Positions 55,966-64,000 of a stretch of 64,000 nucleotides of DNA are shown here, piece by piece (position 1 is the stretch's first letter; each line of letters opens with the position of its first letter). Below the pieces are notes generated by a model. That model did no database searches. It saw only the letters and a list, made by a program, of their open reading frames with translations, and was not told the DNA's origin. Position numbers and translations under genes: made by a program. Where the stretch lies: contig CP136537.1 in the NCBI GenBank assembly GCA_051016155.1, positions 192,935-256,934 of the forward strand, given 5' to 3'. Source of the DNA: Roseivirga sp. GTDB taxonomy: Bacteria > Bacteroidota > Bacteroidia > Cytophagales > Amoebophilaceae.

Positions 55966-58900
55966 GGGGGGTACGCTTCTTAATATTTTTCTTGGTTACT
56001 AGGTAATACTCTTCTAGGCTTTCCTGTAAGACCTCTTGCTTGGCCTCAGCTGCCCAGTCTTTGCTTTTTCCTTCTTGCCAAGGCCCTACAATAAAATCTT
56101 CTCCAACGCGCATCTCATCCACGCCTCCACGGCGAAGGCCTAGGCGCGCACGAATTTTATCTAGCACAGAGATTTTATGCTTGTTGGCTGAAACCATTAC
56201 CGACCATGGATAGGTAGCCTTTAGATAGTTATCATAATCGGTGATTTTAGTAATGGTCATCCTAGCTCCTTGCCCTGTGTACTTCAATATGGAGAAGTTG
56301 CCTATGCCCTCTACGTATTCCTTTTTATTGATAAAGTCGATAATTTTCGAAGAGGGCATGATACCACCTAGCTTCACATCTTCTGCTTCGTCGAACAGCC
56401 AAGGGGAAAGAAAATTCCTAATTTCCTTCTGTAGTTTGTTCAAATATATGCCCTTTTCGTAGGTTGGCCTAAACTTTACCTCTATGTTCACTTTGACCTC
56501 TTCGTACATGGGATTCATGACCTCGAATTCGACAAAAGGCGATGATACACTTTGCAGGTAACGCTCAATTTCTCGTAACAGCTGTTTGGTCACTCTTGGC
56601 GTGAACTCACTCTCCTCGTTGCTGCTTTGTAGTCTATTGATCACCACCATCATGACTCTGCCTGGATAGGGGGCCCAAGGCTTGGCCTTGCTAGAGTGGT
56701 TAATGCATTTGACTCTAAAAATTTCAGGAAACTTTTCTAGAACAAGTCTTTCATAGTCCCAAGCAGAAATAGCCCTATTCTTGTGCCGAAGCCGCTCGCT
56801 GATTCTGGTATAAAACTGATCACTGTTTTCTGCTGGCTTGCCGCCAAAAGAGGCAAAAGGCTGTAATACTGCTTTTATTTCTTTAGGGTCTCCCCATACA
56901 TTTTGTAGGCTGCCCGGACGTAATGTATTGGGTAGTTCAGCTGTTCGGTCTTTGTCAATGACCCTAGAGGCCATGGCGACCTGGGTGCGGATGCTCACAA
57001 GCGTGGGGAGCGCCTCCATCGCCTCAAAGAATACCGCTCTGACCCAAATCAGCCCTGGACTGAACAGCGTATTGTCTTGATTGGCCGCTGGGGGAATGCT
57101 CAGCACGATGATGCCAGCCTTGGTCAGTCCATCGGTCCCATCTGAGATAATCTCGTCATCCTCAAAGTTGATCCAATCGTTGTGAGATAAATATTGCCAC
57201 GCGGGCCTGGGAAACGCTTTGTCTGGATCGATGCTCTTTTCATCAATCTGGAGGTGCACAGAGAGAAAGGAAGCCGTCAGTTGTTCAAAACCAAAGCAAA
57301 AAAAGCAGCCTACACTTTCGGCACCAGACAAAAAAGTTACAGGACCAGTTTTATTCGGAAACACCTTCTTGTGGCCAAAAGGAGCCAGTCGTATTAAGGT
57401 CTGAGGAGGCTGCTCCTCTTCTTCCGTACGGCTTGTGAAGAAAATCTCTTCTCTGGCACTATAGTCTACAGACAAGGATTTGATGACAGGGGTGTAGGGT
57501 TCATTAAGGGGCGGAGGCGAGGCAGGTCCTTTGTTTTTACTGTTTTTGCTGCTAGCACGCTGGATAAAAGATTGACCCATGAGCGTAGGATATAGGCTAT
57601 GGCCAAATGCCATCTTAGGGCCAACGAGCTCTAGCCTGAGAAAGCCTGCCAATGTCTTAGGAGTGAGCGTAGACGCTGTGAGCTTATGCTCAGTGACTGC
57701 TAGGTTGAGTCTATCAAGATCGATCTCATTAATGCTGCGTTTACGCTGTAATTTTTGTGTACCATACCTCCCCCCTTCTTCTTCGGTAGTAAAGAGCGGT
57801 ACTCTTTGCCTGTTTTCGGCGTATAGAGGATACCACTGTCGATGATTCAGGTAGGAGACGCTTACCTCAAAGTCTTCATTAGTTACCTGCTGAGGATAGC
57901 CTTGGTAGTGACTGGTCCACCCGCCCTCCACAGTAGGTAAGTTGTCCCATTCTATATTAATGCTCAAGCTTTTGAGGTCTTTGTAAAAGAGTTCATCACT
58001 GCCCAAATAGAAGTTAGCGTGCAGCTGTGGAAATGGTCCAAAAGGTTGGAACGGAAGACTGGTATCTATCAGCCCTGAATCGTTTTGTAGCGTAAGGTCT
58101 TTGTAGTCTGTTACAACTACCTCTAAGGCCAGCTTGTTAAGCACCAAATCTTTGAATAAATAAATATGGCCAAAGTGAGTCGGGTCATTAAGGCCTAACC
58201 TGATCGCCGGGGCCTGAATATCATACGTTCCTTCATGCACGGCAGGATCAAAGTTGACCACCGGGGGCATGTCAGGCGGCAGTGAAAGCAAGAACTCAAT
58301 ACAATCTTCCTCTTCAAGACTAATAACAATGGTGATATTTGTTGGAGGCAGATACATCCATGACGCTTCTGAAGTGAGATAGATATCAATTGCTTCTTTG
58401 AATAGGACAATCATCTTGTCCTGTATGCCCCCTAGGTCTTCTTCCTTGCTTTGTCTGATTCTTTCTAATAGGGTCTCGAAGGAGGGCTTACTGAACTTAA
58501 ACTTGAGTTTGACCTCTCTATTGCCTTCTTTGAGATAGAAAATAGGAGAAGCCACCACGAGCCCTAAAAAGTGCCGATTCACCTCTTGTTGATGCGTGTT
58601 GTCTTGTTGGGGAGTAGCGCTAGGTGCCGGTTGGTCAATGATCTCCTCGTTGTAAGTAGTAGCACTGATGCTACCTACTGGCAAAAAGCCCTCTTGGGTG
58701 GGTTCCTCTACTATCTGCTGCACTCTGTGCACCTTGCTAACGACGCCATGGTTAAGCATGATCGCGCTGTGGGTCTTGAAGATAATATCGTGTCCCTCCT
58801 TGTCCTTGCCTGCCAAAACCTTGACGCCTGGAGGAAGAAAGTAGCGGATTACCCATGGCTGTACTTGGAACTGTACCACCACTTGGTCTGCCTGTACAGG

Positions 58901-59773
58901 CAGCGGCCTGAACTTCAGCACTTCTTTGTAATAGAAGTCAAGGTGCCGCTGAGGAATCTTATTGAGCCGTTCAGTAGCATGCTGCAGTAACCGTAAAAAA
59001 GCAATGAGCAGCGCAGTTTGAGGCTGATGTTGTTGGCTTTGGAGCGTGTCAGCATAGCCAGCGCGGGCCAGTGCTTGGATGTTCTGGAGTGAACTTAGCA
59101 GGATATCGAGCAGCTCCTTCAGGGTGCTCATCGTGCTTTGTACAACGGTGCTTCCGACAGCGCTTTCATAAGCAGTGGTAGCCTTTAGCTCCCAAGGGGC
59201 GCCCCTTTCAGTGAGGTCCTCTACAAAATCACAAAAATCAAGAAGCGTTGCTGAGGGCGTCTGACTGTTCCACTGGTGCAGCACATTATAGAGAAACGTG
59301 AGGCGGTCATTCAGCTCGCGTCTGACAAGGATATGCAACTCTCCTTGGACTTTACTATCAGTAGATAAATTCTCGTACCAATAATCAATGAGCAGTAAAA
59401 GCTCTTCTAATAGGCGAAGCAGGCGTTGGATATGCTTGTTTTCGTCGCTGATGACCTTTTCTTTCTCCAAGAGCAGAAAGTCATTATTGATCAGGGGCCT
59501 GAGTCGAGCAATCTCTGTATGGATAATGAGGGAGTATATGACTGTATCGTCATTTTCTAGAAATTTGCGCCATGCATTGTGTTTGACTGCTGTGTTTTGG
59601 CTCCCGTAATATTGAATAAGGTCACTGTACAAATAGACGAAGAGGACGTACTCATCCAAGGTCCTTTCGTCAATCAAGGCATTGTTGTTCAGCAAATTTT
59701 TAGGCAGTCTCTCTACCTGGCAGGTACCATCTCTTTCAAAGAGTAGGTGACTTTTGCTTGTGTGTGTGCTCAT
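55952..59773 (-). CDS. large baseplate wedge protein, baseplate-J (gp6/gp47; Afp11/Afp12-like)
   Basis: 1273 aa. The C-terminal region RLRHKNRAISAWDYERLVLEKFPEIFRVKCINHS resembles the RAVTxxDYExL signature of the Baseplate_J family. It is followed by the fibre-like gene. Confidence 0.55.
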   Translation of the reverse strand: MSTHTSKSHLLFERDGTCQVERLPKNLLNNNALIDERTLDEYVLFVYLYSDLIQYYGSQNTAVKHNAWRKFLENDDTVIYSLIIHTEIARLRPLINNDFLLLEKEKVISDENKHIQRLLRLLEELLLLIDYWYENLSTDSKVQGELHILVRRELNDRLTFLYNVLHQWNSQTPSATLLDFCDFVEDLTERGAPWELKATTAYESAVGSTVVQSTMSTLKELLDILLSSLQNIQALARAGYADTLQSQQHQPQTALLIAFLRLLQHATERLNKIPQRHLDFYYKEVLKFRPLPVQADQVVVQFQVQPWVIRYFLPPGVKVLAGKDKEGHDIIFKTHSAIMLNHGVVSKVHRVQQIVEEPTQEGFLPVGSISATTYNEEIIDQPAPSATPQQDNTHQQEVNRHFLGLVVASPIFYLKEGNREVKLKFKFSKPSFETLLERIRQSKEEDLGGIQDKMIVLFKEAIDIYLTSEASWMYLPPTNITIVISLEEEDCIEFLLSLPPDMPPVVNFDPAVHEGTYDIQAPAIRLGLNDPTHFGHIYLFKDLVLNKLALEVVVTDYKDLTLQNDSGLIDTSLPFQPFGPFPQLHANFYLGSDELFYKDLKSLSINIEWDNLPTVEGGWTSHYQGYPQQVTNEDFEVSVSYLNHRQWYPLYAENRQRVPLFTTEEEGGRYGTQKLQRKRSINEIDLDRLNLAVTEHKLTASTLTPKTLAGFLRLELVGPKMAFGHSLYPTLMGQSFIQRASSKNSKNKGPASPPPLNEPYTPVIKSLSVDYSAREEIFFTSRTEEEEQPPQTLIRLAPFGHKKVFPNKTGPVTFLSGAESVGCFFCFGFEQLTASFLSVHLQIDEKSIDPDKAFPRPAWQYLSHNDWINFEDDEIISDGTDGLTKAGIIVLSIPPAANQDNTLFSPGLIWVRAVFFEAMEALPTLVSIRTQVAMASRVIDKDRTAELPNTLRPGSLQNVWGDPKEIKAVLQPFASFGGKPAENSDQFYTRISERLRHKNRAISAWDYERLVLEKFPEIFRVKCINHSSKAKPWAPYPGRVMMVVINRLQSSNEESEFTPRVTKQLLREIERYLQSVSSPFVEFEVMNPMYEEVKVNIEVKFRPTYEKGIYLNKLQKEIRNFLSPWLFDEAEDVKLGGIMPSSKIIDFINKKEYVEGIGNFSILKYTGQGARMTITKITDYDNYLKATYPWSVMVSANKHKISVLDKIRARLGLRRGGVDEMRVGEDFIVGPWQEGKSKDWAAEAKQEVLQESLEEYYLVTKKNIKKRTPHGDS

Positions 59774-59976
59774 GTGCTGGGAAAATAGGTACGCAGAAGC
59801 CTAAACACTGGTCCCTCAAAATTTACATATTACTACTTTTACACAAGCTCTCTTCGAACGCCTCTTTGTCATGTTGAACCTCTTTTATAACCTGATCGCC
59901 TCCTTATTTTTAAAATGTTTCTGGAAGTATTTTTAGGGTTTCGAAAAAGGCTCATTGAGCAGAGCGACACATCGTT

Positions 59977-60012
59977 GTGGAGCCCGTTACGCTGCGGTTC
60001 GGAATGACAATA
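59977..60012. repeat. half-copy of the palindromic element (…GCTGCGGTTCGGAATGACAAT)
   Basis: Matches the right arm of 8031-8109 and 23226-23302. Confidence 0.6.
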
Positions 60013-60238
60013 CTGCTCCGCAAATTCAAAAAGACTAGAAGAGCGATAAAAGAAGACTTTGAATCCCTTAAAATTAAAATATTTTCGACACTTTGGGAAA
60101 CTTTTAGGGGCTATATCGTTAAGCGATATTGGATCGCAGCACGTCGTTTTGATCACTTACTTTTATGGCTCAACATGCGGACATTATTGAGTATCTCGTC
60201 CTAAAAAAGTTTATACATTCCCTATATCCCCATTGGGG

Positions 60239-60305
60239 CGGAAGTCTTCCGTGTCAAGGATAGTTGCATAAAGCAAGTAATACACGGGAGTAACTTTCGT
60301 GCTAG
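60239..60305. promoter_or_regulatory. palindrome CGGAAG-T-CTTCCG (60239-60251) plus an inverted copy of the cassette-boundary motif (60282-60305), in the divergent intergenic region upstream of the baseplate operon
   Basis: The reverse complement of 60282-60305 is CTAGCACGAAAGTTACTCCCGTGT. Any regulatory role is inference only. Confidence 0.4.
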
Positions 60306-60410
60306 CAGTGGGCTGATCTGGTTTTGCAGCTCCCTGCTACTACTGCCATCTTTGATAGGATAAAAAAAGGCACACGCCAAGAGATCAACTCCGCGTTGTT
60401 GATATCTAGT

Positions 60411-61307
60411 ATGGACATCGAAATTACGCTTCCACTAGTCAAAAGCCTTGTTGTTCAACAATTTCCTCAGTATGCACATTGGCCTGTGAGAGCAGTGCAA
60501 CCAGGCGGCATAGATAATAGAACTTTTCGGCTGGGGGATGAGCTGTTGATTAGGCTACCCAGCGCCGAAGGCTATGCAGCACAGGTTGAAAAAGAACAGC
60601 AATGGTTGCCGAAATTAGCTTCCTGTCTATCTGTTCAAGTTCCCGAACCCATAGCCATGGGAGCACCTAGCCAAGCTTATCCTTGGAACTGGTCCATTTT
60701 TAAATGGATTAGCGGTGATAGCGCTTGTTCAGTAGACATAGACAAGCTGCATTTAGAACAACTAGCCATTGAATTGGCTCAGTTTTTAAAAGAATTACAC
60801 ACCGTGGATACTACTAATGCTCCGCCTGGGGGGCTGCATAACTATTACCGAGGGGCGCATGTATCTGTGTACGATCGGGAGGTAAGCGCTCATCTCAATC
60901 AGTTACAAGGGCTCATTAAGAGAGAAAAAGCTTTAACTGTTTGGAAGAGGGCCATCAGCTCTGCGTGGTCTCCTCCACCCGTGTGGATACATGGTGATTT
61001 TGCCAGTGGCAATATTCTTGTGAAAGAGCAGCAACTCGCGGCGGTCATTGATTTTGGTTGTATGGGCATTGGCGATCCGGCTTGTGATCTAGTAGTTGCC
61101 TGGACATTCCTCAAAGACACAGCCCGTGCGCTATTCAAGTCAGCACTCAGTCTGGACGCTGATACCTGGGCCAGGGCACGTGGTTGGGCCCTATGGAAGG
61201 CTGGATTTGAACTCGTTGCGCTCAAGAACAAGACAAGCCCAAAGGCCATAGAAAAACTGGCCATTATTGACGATATTTTGAGGGAGCACGAAAAGGAAAC
61301 CACTTGA
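60411..61307 (+). CDS. aminoglycoside/choline-kinase-type phosphotransferase (APH family)
   Basis: WIHGDFASGNILV (catalytic loop) and VIDFGCMGIGDPACDL (DFG-like). Start chosen at MDIEITLPLV; the ORF track start is TTG 60324. Confidence 0.8.
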   Translation: MDIEITLPLVKSLVVQQFPQYAHWPVRAVQPGGIDNRTFRLGDELLIRLPSAEGYAAQVEKEQQWLPKLASCLSVQVPEPIAMGAPSQAYPWNWSIFKWISGDSACSVDIDKLHLEQLAIELAQFLKELHTVDTTNAPPGGLHNYYRGAHVSVYDREVSAHLNQLQGLIKREKALTVWKRAISSAWSPPPVWIHGDFASGNILVKEQQLAAVIDFGCMGIGDPACDLVVAWTFLKDTARALFKSALSLDADTWARARGWALWKAGFELVALKNKTSPKAIEKLAIIDDILREHEKETT

Positions 61308-61357
61308 CAGATGCCTACTTCTTCTTTTCTCAAAGACCCACTCAATACCTGAAACTT

Positions 61358-62005
61358 ATGCGTAACAAGCTACATTACTTCTTATTGTTCAGCCTAGCTA
61401 CTTGGCCCCAAGCCCAAGCGTTGGCAAACGCCCCTCAATCAGTGGGCCACTATCCACTTATTGCAGCGGCCAAAGAAGAGCAGCAAGAGACCAATCCCAT
61501 CAAAGCCTTGGAAGAAGGACTCAAAAAAGTGGATGAAAAGATTGTACAACCAACAACTAATATTCTAGAAAAAGCCCAAAAGGCCAGGGAGGACAAAGGG
61601 TTAGAAAAGATACTAGAAGAGGACATCCAGCGCGAGGGGCTCATCCTGGGCTTGATTAGTGCACTCACGCTGCTCTATGGTATTATATCCAACATCCTAC
61701 TCTATCCTGCCTTTTCTTTTTTGTTTTTTGCAATGACTTTCATACTGATGCTTTTGATCGCCCAGTTGGTCAACAAGCTGCGTAAAGATGAGGTAATCTC
61801 CATGGGGAAGTTGGTACTGCCCTTGCTATTAGGCCTACTCATCTACGGAGACCTCTTCATGGTCATGTACGAGAAAAATAAGATCCTATTCTTGTTCGTA
61901 GAGTTCCAAAAAGACGTTTTTTTGGTCGTGATCGCAGCCGTTACTGGATTCCTTGCAGGAAGGTCAGTCTCGCGAAAATCCTTTGAAGAGAAGATTGTTC
62001 CTTAA
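61358..62005 (+). CDS. hypothetical membrane protein with signal peptide
   Basis: MRNKLHYFLLFSLATWPQAQA signal, a charged helical segment, then about 4 TM helices. Confidence 0.5.
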   Translation: MRNKLHYFLLFSLATWPQAQALANAPQSVGHYPLIAAAKEEQQETNPIKALEEGLKKVDEKIVQPTTNILEKAQKAREDKGLEKILEEDIQREGLILGLISALTLLYGIISNILLYPAFSFLFFAMTFILMLLIAQLVNKLRKDEVISMGKLVLPLLLGLLIYGDLFMVMYEKNKILFLFVEFQKDVFLVVIAAVTGFLAGRSVSRKSFEEKIVP

Positions 62006-62062
62006 CGTTATCGCTCGCGGTAAAAGCGGAATGAAAACAGGCCATTGGCTAGCGATTTCACC

Positions 62063-62083
62063 CTGCAAATCGCATATTTGCAG
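62063..62083 (+). terminator. hairpin ctgcaaat-cgcat-atttgcag downstream of ORF 61358-62005
   Basis: A perfect 8-bp stem about 58 nt after the stop, with no T-tract. Confidence 0.3.
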
Positions 62084-62100
62084 CCTAATCCACCCACCAA

Positions 62101-62215
62101 GGCTGTCGCAAAATAGCACCTACCACACTGCTGGACTTTTCAAATAGGCTGTCTTTGGGGCTAGAATAGCTTTTTAAATCGCGTAATTAAAAAATCACCC
62201 AACCATGCAATGGTC
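62101..62215 (+). repeat. dispersed ~115-bp gene-upstream element, copy e (upstream of thrS)
   Basis: ggctgtcgcaaaatagc...gacttttcaaataggctgtctttggggctagaatagctttttaaatcgcgtaattaaaaaatcacccaaccatgcaatggtc. Confidence 0.85.
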
Positions 62216-64000
62216 TCCCACTATGCAATCCCAAAGCGTCCAAATCACCCTGCCCGATGGCGCTGTCCAGTCCTTCCCTGGCGGCATCACAGGCATAGCT
62301 ATTGCCCAACACATCAGCGAAGGGCTGGCCAGGCAGGTATTGGCCGTGTGGGTCAATGGTGAGGTGTGGGACGCTACGCGCACTATCCAGGAAGATGCCA
62401 CGGTTCGATTATTGACTTGGAACGATGAGGCAGGCAAAAGTACTTTTTGGCACTCCTCTGCCCACTTGCTGGCAGAAGCTTTAGAGGACCTCTATCCTGG
62501 CGTTCAGTTCGGCATTGGTCCGCCCATTGAGCAGGGTTTCTATTATGATGTCGATTTTGGACAGCAAGCTTTTGACGCAGCCCACCTAGAGAAGCTAGAG
62601 GCTAAGATGCTGGCCCTGGCACAGCAAAAAAATCCTTATCAGCGAAGGGAAGTGAGCAAAAAAGAGGCTATTTCGTACTTTCAGGAAAAAGGAGATATTT
62701 ATAAACTAGAGCTCTTGGAAGGACTGGAGGATGGACAGATTACCTTTTACCAGCAGGGGGCCTTTGTAGACCTCTGCAAAGGGCCGCATATTCCTCACAC
62801 AGGCTTCATCAAGGCCGTTAAGCTGCTGAATGTGGCGGGTGCTTACTGGCGGGGCGACGAGAAGAATAAGCAGCTGACCCGTATTTATGGTATTAGCTTT
62901 CCGCAGCAAAAGGAACTCAAGGCCTACCTCTCTCTGTTGGAAGAGGCGAAGAAGAGGAACCACCAAAAGATAGGCAAAGAGCTAGGGCTGTTTACTTTCT
63001 CTGAAAAAGTGGGCTTAGGATTGCCGCTCTGGCTGCCTAGAGGAACGGTATTGCGAGAAAACTTAGAGCAATTTCTGCGGGAGGCCCAGCGCAAGGCTGG
63101 CTATCAGCCAGTGGTAACGCCCCATATTGGCCACCAGCAATTGTACATTACTTCAGGGCATTATGAGAAGTATGGTGAAGATGCTTTTCAGCCTATCCAT
63201 ACGCCGCATGAAGGAGAGGCTTTTTTGCTCAAGCCCATGAACTGCCCGCATCACTGCGAGATTTATAAAAGCAGTCCCAAGTCTTACAGAGACCTACCTG
63301 TGCGCTTGGCAGAGTTCGGGACCGTCTACCGCTACGAGCAGCACGGAGAGCTGCATGGCCTGGCCCGCACTCGAGGTTTTACCCAAGATGATGCCCATAT
63401 CTTTTGCCGACCTGATCAGGTCCAAACAGAGTTTGAAAAGGTCGTAGACTTGGTGCTGTACGTTTTTGAGGCGCTTGACTTCCAAGACTATGCTGCCCAA
63501 GTCTCCTTGCGAGACCCTACGCAGCCCGCTAAGTACATCGGGGAGCCACAGGACTGGGAAAAGGCCGAAGCAGCTATTCAAGCAGTCGTGGCAGCCAAGG
63601 GGCTTCAGGCCACGGTAGCGCTAGGAGAAGCTGCCTTTTATGGCCCCAAGCTAGACTTCATGGTCAAAGATGCCTTGGGCAGAAGGTGGCAGCTGGGCAC
63701 CGTGCAGCTGGACTACCAACTGCCTGAGCGGTTCGACTTGGAATATACAGGCGTAGACAATCAGAAACACCGGCCTGTGCTGATTCATCGTGCTCCGTTT
63801 GGCTCGCTAGAGCGCTTCATTGCTCTGCTGATAGAGCACACAGGGGGCAAGTTTCCACTTTGGCTCGCTCCAGACCAGGTGGCAGTGCTCCCCATTTCTG
63901 AAAAATATGCTGCTTATGCTGATCAGGTGCAGCAAGCCTTGGCCACACAAAACATCCGCAGCTATGTAGATCATCGAGACGAGAAAATTGGCAAGAAAAT
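62205..64000 (+). CDS. thrS: threonine--tRNA ligase, 3' end outside the window
   Basis: Absent from the ORF track because no stop is reached. Hand translation gives M(QWSPTM)[23 protein letters not shown] (TGS), [13 protein letters not shown], class II motifs [31 protein letters not shown], and [18 protein letters not shown]. An alternative start is ATG 62223. Confidence 0.93.
   Translation, partial: MQWSPTMQSQSVQITLPDGAVQSFPGGITGIAIAQHISEGLARQVLAVWVNGEVWDATRTIQEDATVRLLTWNDEAGKSTFWHSSAHLLAEALEDLYPGVQFGIGPPIEQGFYYDVDFGQQAFDAAHLEKLEAKMLALAQQKNPYQRREVSKKEAISYFQEKGDIYKLELLEGLEDGQITFYQQGAFVDLCKGPHIPHTGFIKAVKLLNVAGAYWRGDEKNKQLTRIYGISFPQQKELKAYLSLLEEAKKRNHQKIGKELGLFTFSEKVGLGLPLWLPRGTVLRENLEQFLREAQRKAGYQPVVTPHIGHQQLYITSGHYEKYGEDAFQPIHTPHEGEAFLLKPMNCPHHCEIYKSSPKSYRDLPVRLAEFGTVYRYEQHGELHGLARTRGFTQDDAHIFCRPDQVQTEFEKVVDLVLYVFEALDFQDYAAQVSLRDPTQPAKYIGEPQDWEKAEAAIQAVVAAKGLQATVALGEAAFYGPKLDFMVKDALGRRWQLGTVQLDYQLPERFDLEYTGVDNQKHRPVLIHRAPFGSLERFIALLIEHTGGKFPLWLAPDQVAVLPISEKYAAYADQVQQALATQNIRSYVDHRDEKIGKK

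Noticed and set aside
62195-63581. Three minus-strand ORFs (62195-62437, 62706-62966, 63294-63581).
   Set aside because: They lie antisense within the plus-strand thrS reading frame. That frame has unmistakable ThrRS motifs, and it is missing from the ORF track only because it runs off the window.

Overview
This 64-kb window looks like a chromosomal segment from a Bacteroidota genome, probably Cytophagia- or Sphingobacteriia-like. That assignment is an inference from a MurF-Alr fusion gene, a 59-aa histone-H1-like gene, LxxC lipoprotein signals and intermediate GC. The backbone is housekeeping: pyrH, rsgA, menA, fabD, blc, topA, asd, murI, ligA, dapA, a RelA/SpoT homologue, tRNA-Leu(UAG), tig-clpP-clpX, murF/alr, ruvC, dut and thrS.

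Accessory content is heavy.
1. nt 1-3117 is a 5'-truncated gene resembling a contractile-injection-system (eCIS/Afp14-type) tape measure. It is built from about 15 near-identical tandem 41-44-aa repeats.
2. A separate operon lies about 52 kb away on the minus strand at 55.0-59.8 kb. It encodes a baseplate-J-like protein, a fibre-like protein and a small ORF. No sheath, tube or spike genes lie between it and the tape-measure gene.
3. The most interesting region is 45.0-52.8 kb, immediately after ruvC. It is an array of 6-7 polymorphic-toxin C-terminal cassettes. They share a pre-toxin region, switch to variable C-termini after an AGKxVKAAG junction, and each is followed by a small AT-rich immunity-like gene, mostly DUF4279-like.
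   - Most toxin modules have no start codon and open just after an in-frame TAG in a conserved AACTAGCGC leader.
   - One module is immunity-only, one toxin is pseudogenised, and the last immunity gene is split by an IS5-family element with a CTAG target duplication.
   - A CTAGCG + CGGAAGT-N-ACTTCCG palindromic motif marks both ends of the array and recurs upstream of the baseplate operon.
4. A tandemly duplicated two-gene module of acidic, low-complexity secreted or anchored proteins occupies 12.9-17.4 kb.
5. Also present: a vapBC module with an in-frame TGA in vapC, an intact yefM-yoeB pair, an IS481-family element that truncates an M15 peptidase pseudogene, and an ankyrin-repeat lipoprotein.
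6. At least four dispersed repeat families occur: GTGATT arrays, a ~115-bp gene-upstream element, GTCATGCTGAGC...GCTCGGAATGAC palindromes, and a 250-350-bp nested-hairpin element.

No rRNA genes or CRISPR arrays were seen. All family assignments rest on motif recognition by eye and need HMM or BLAST confirmation.
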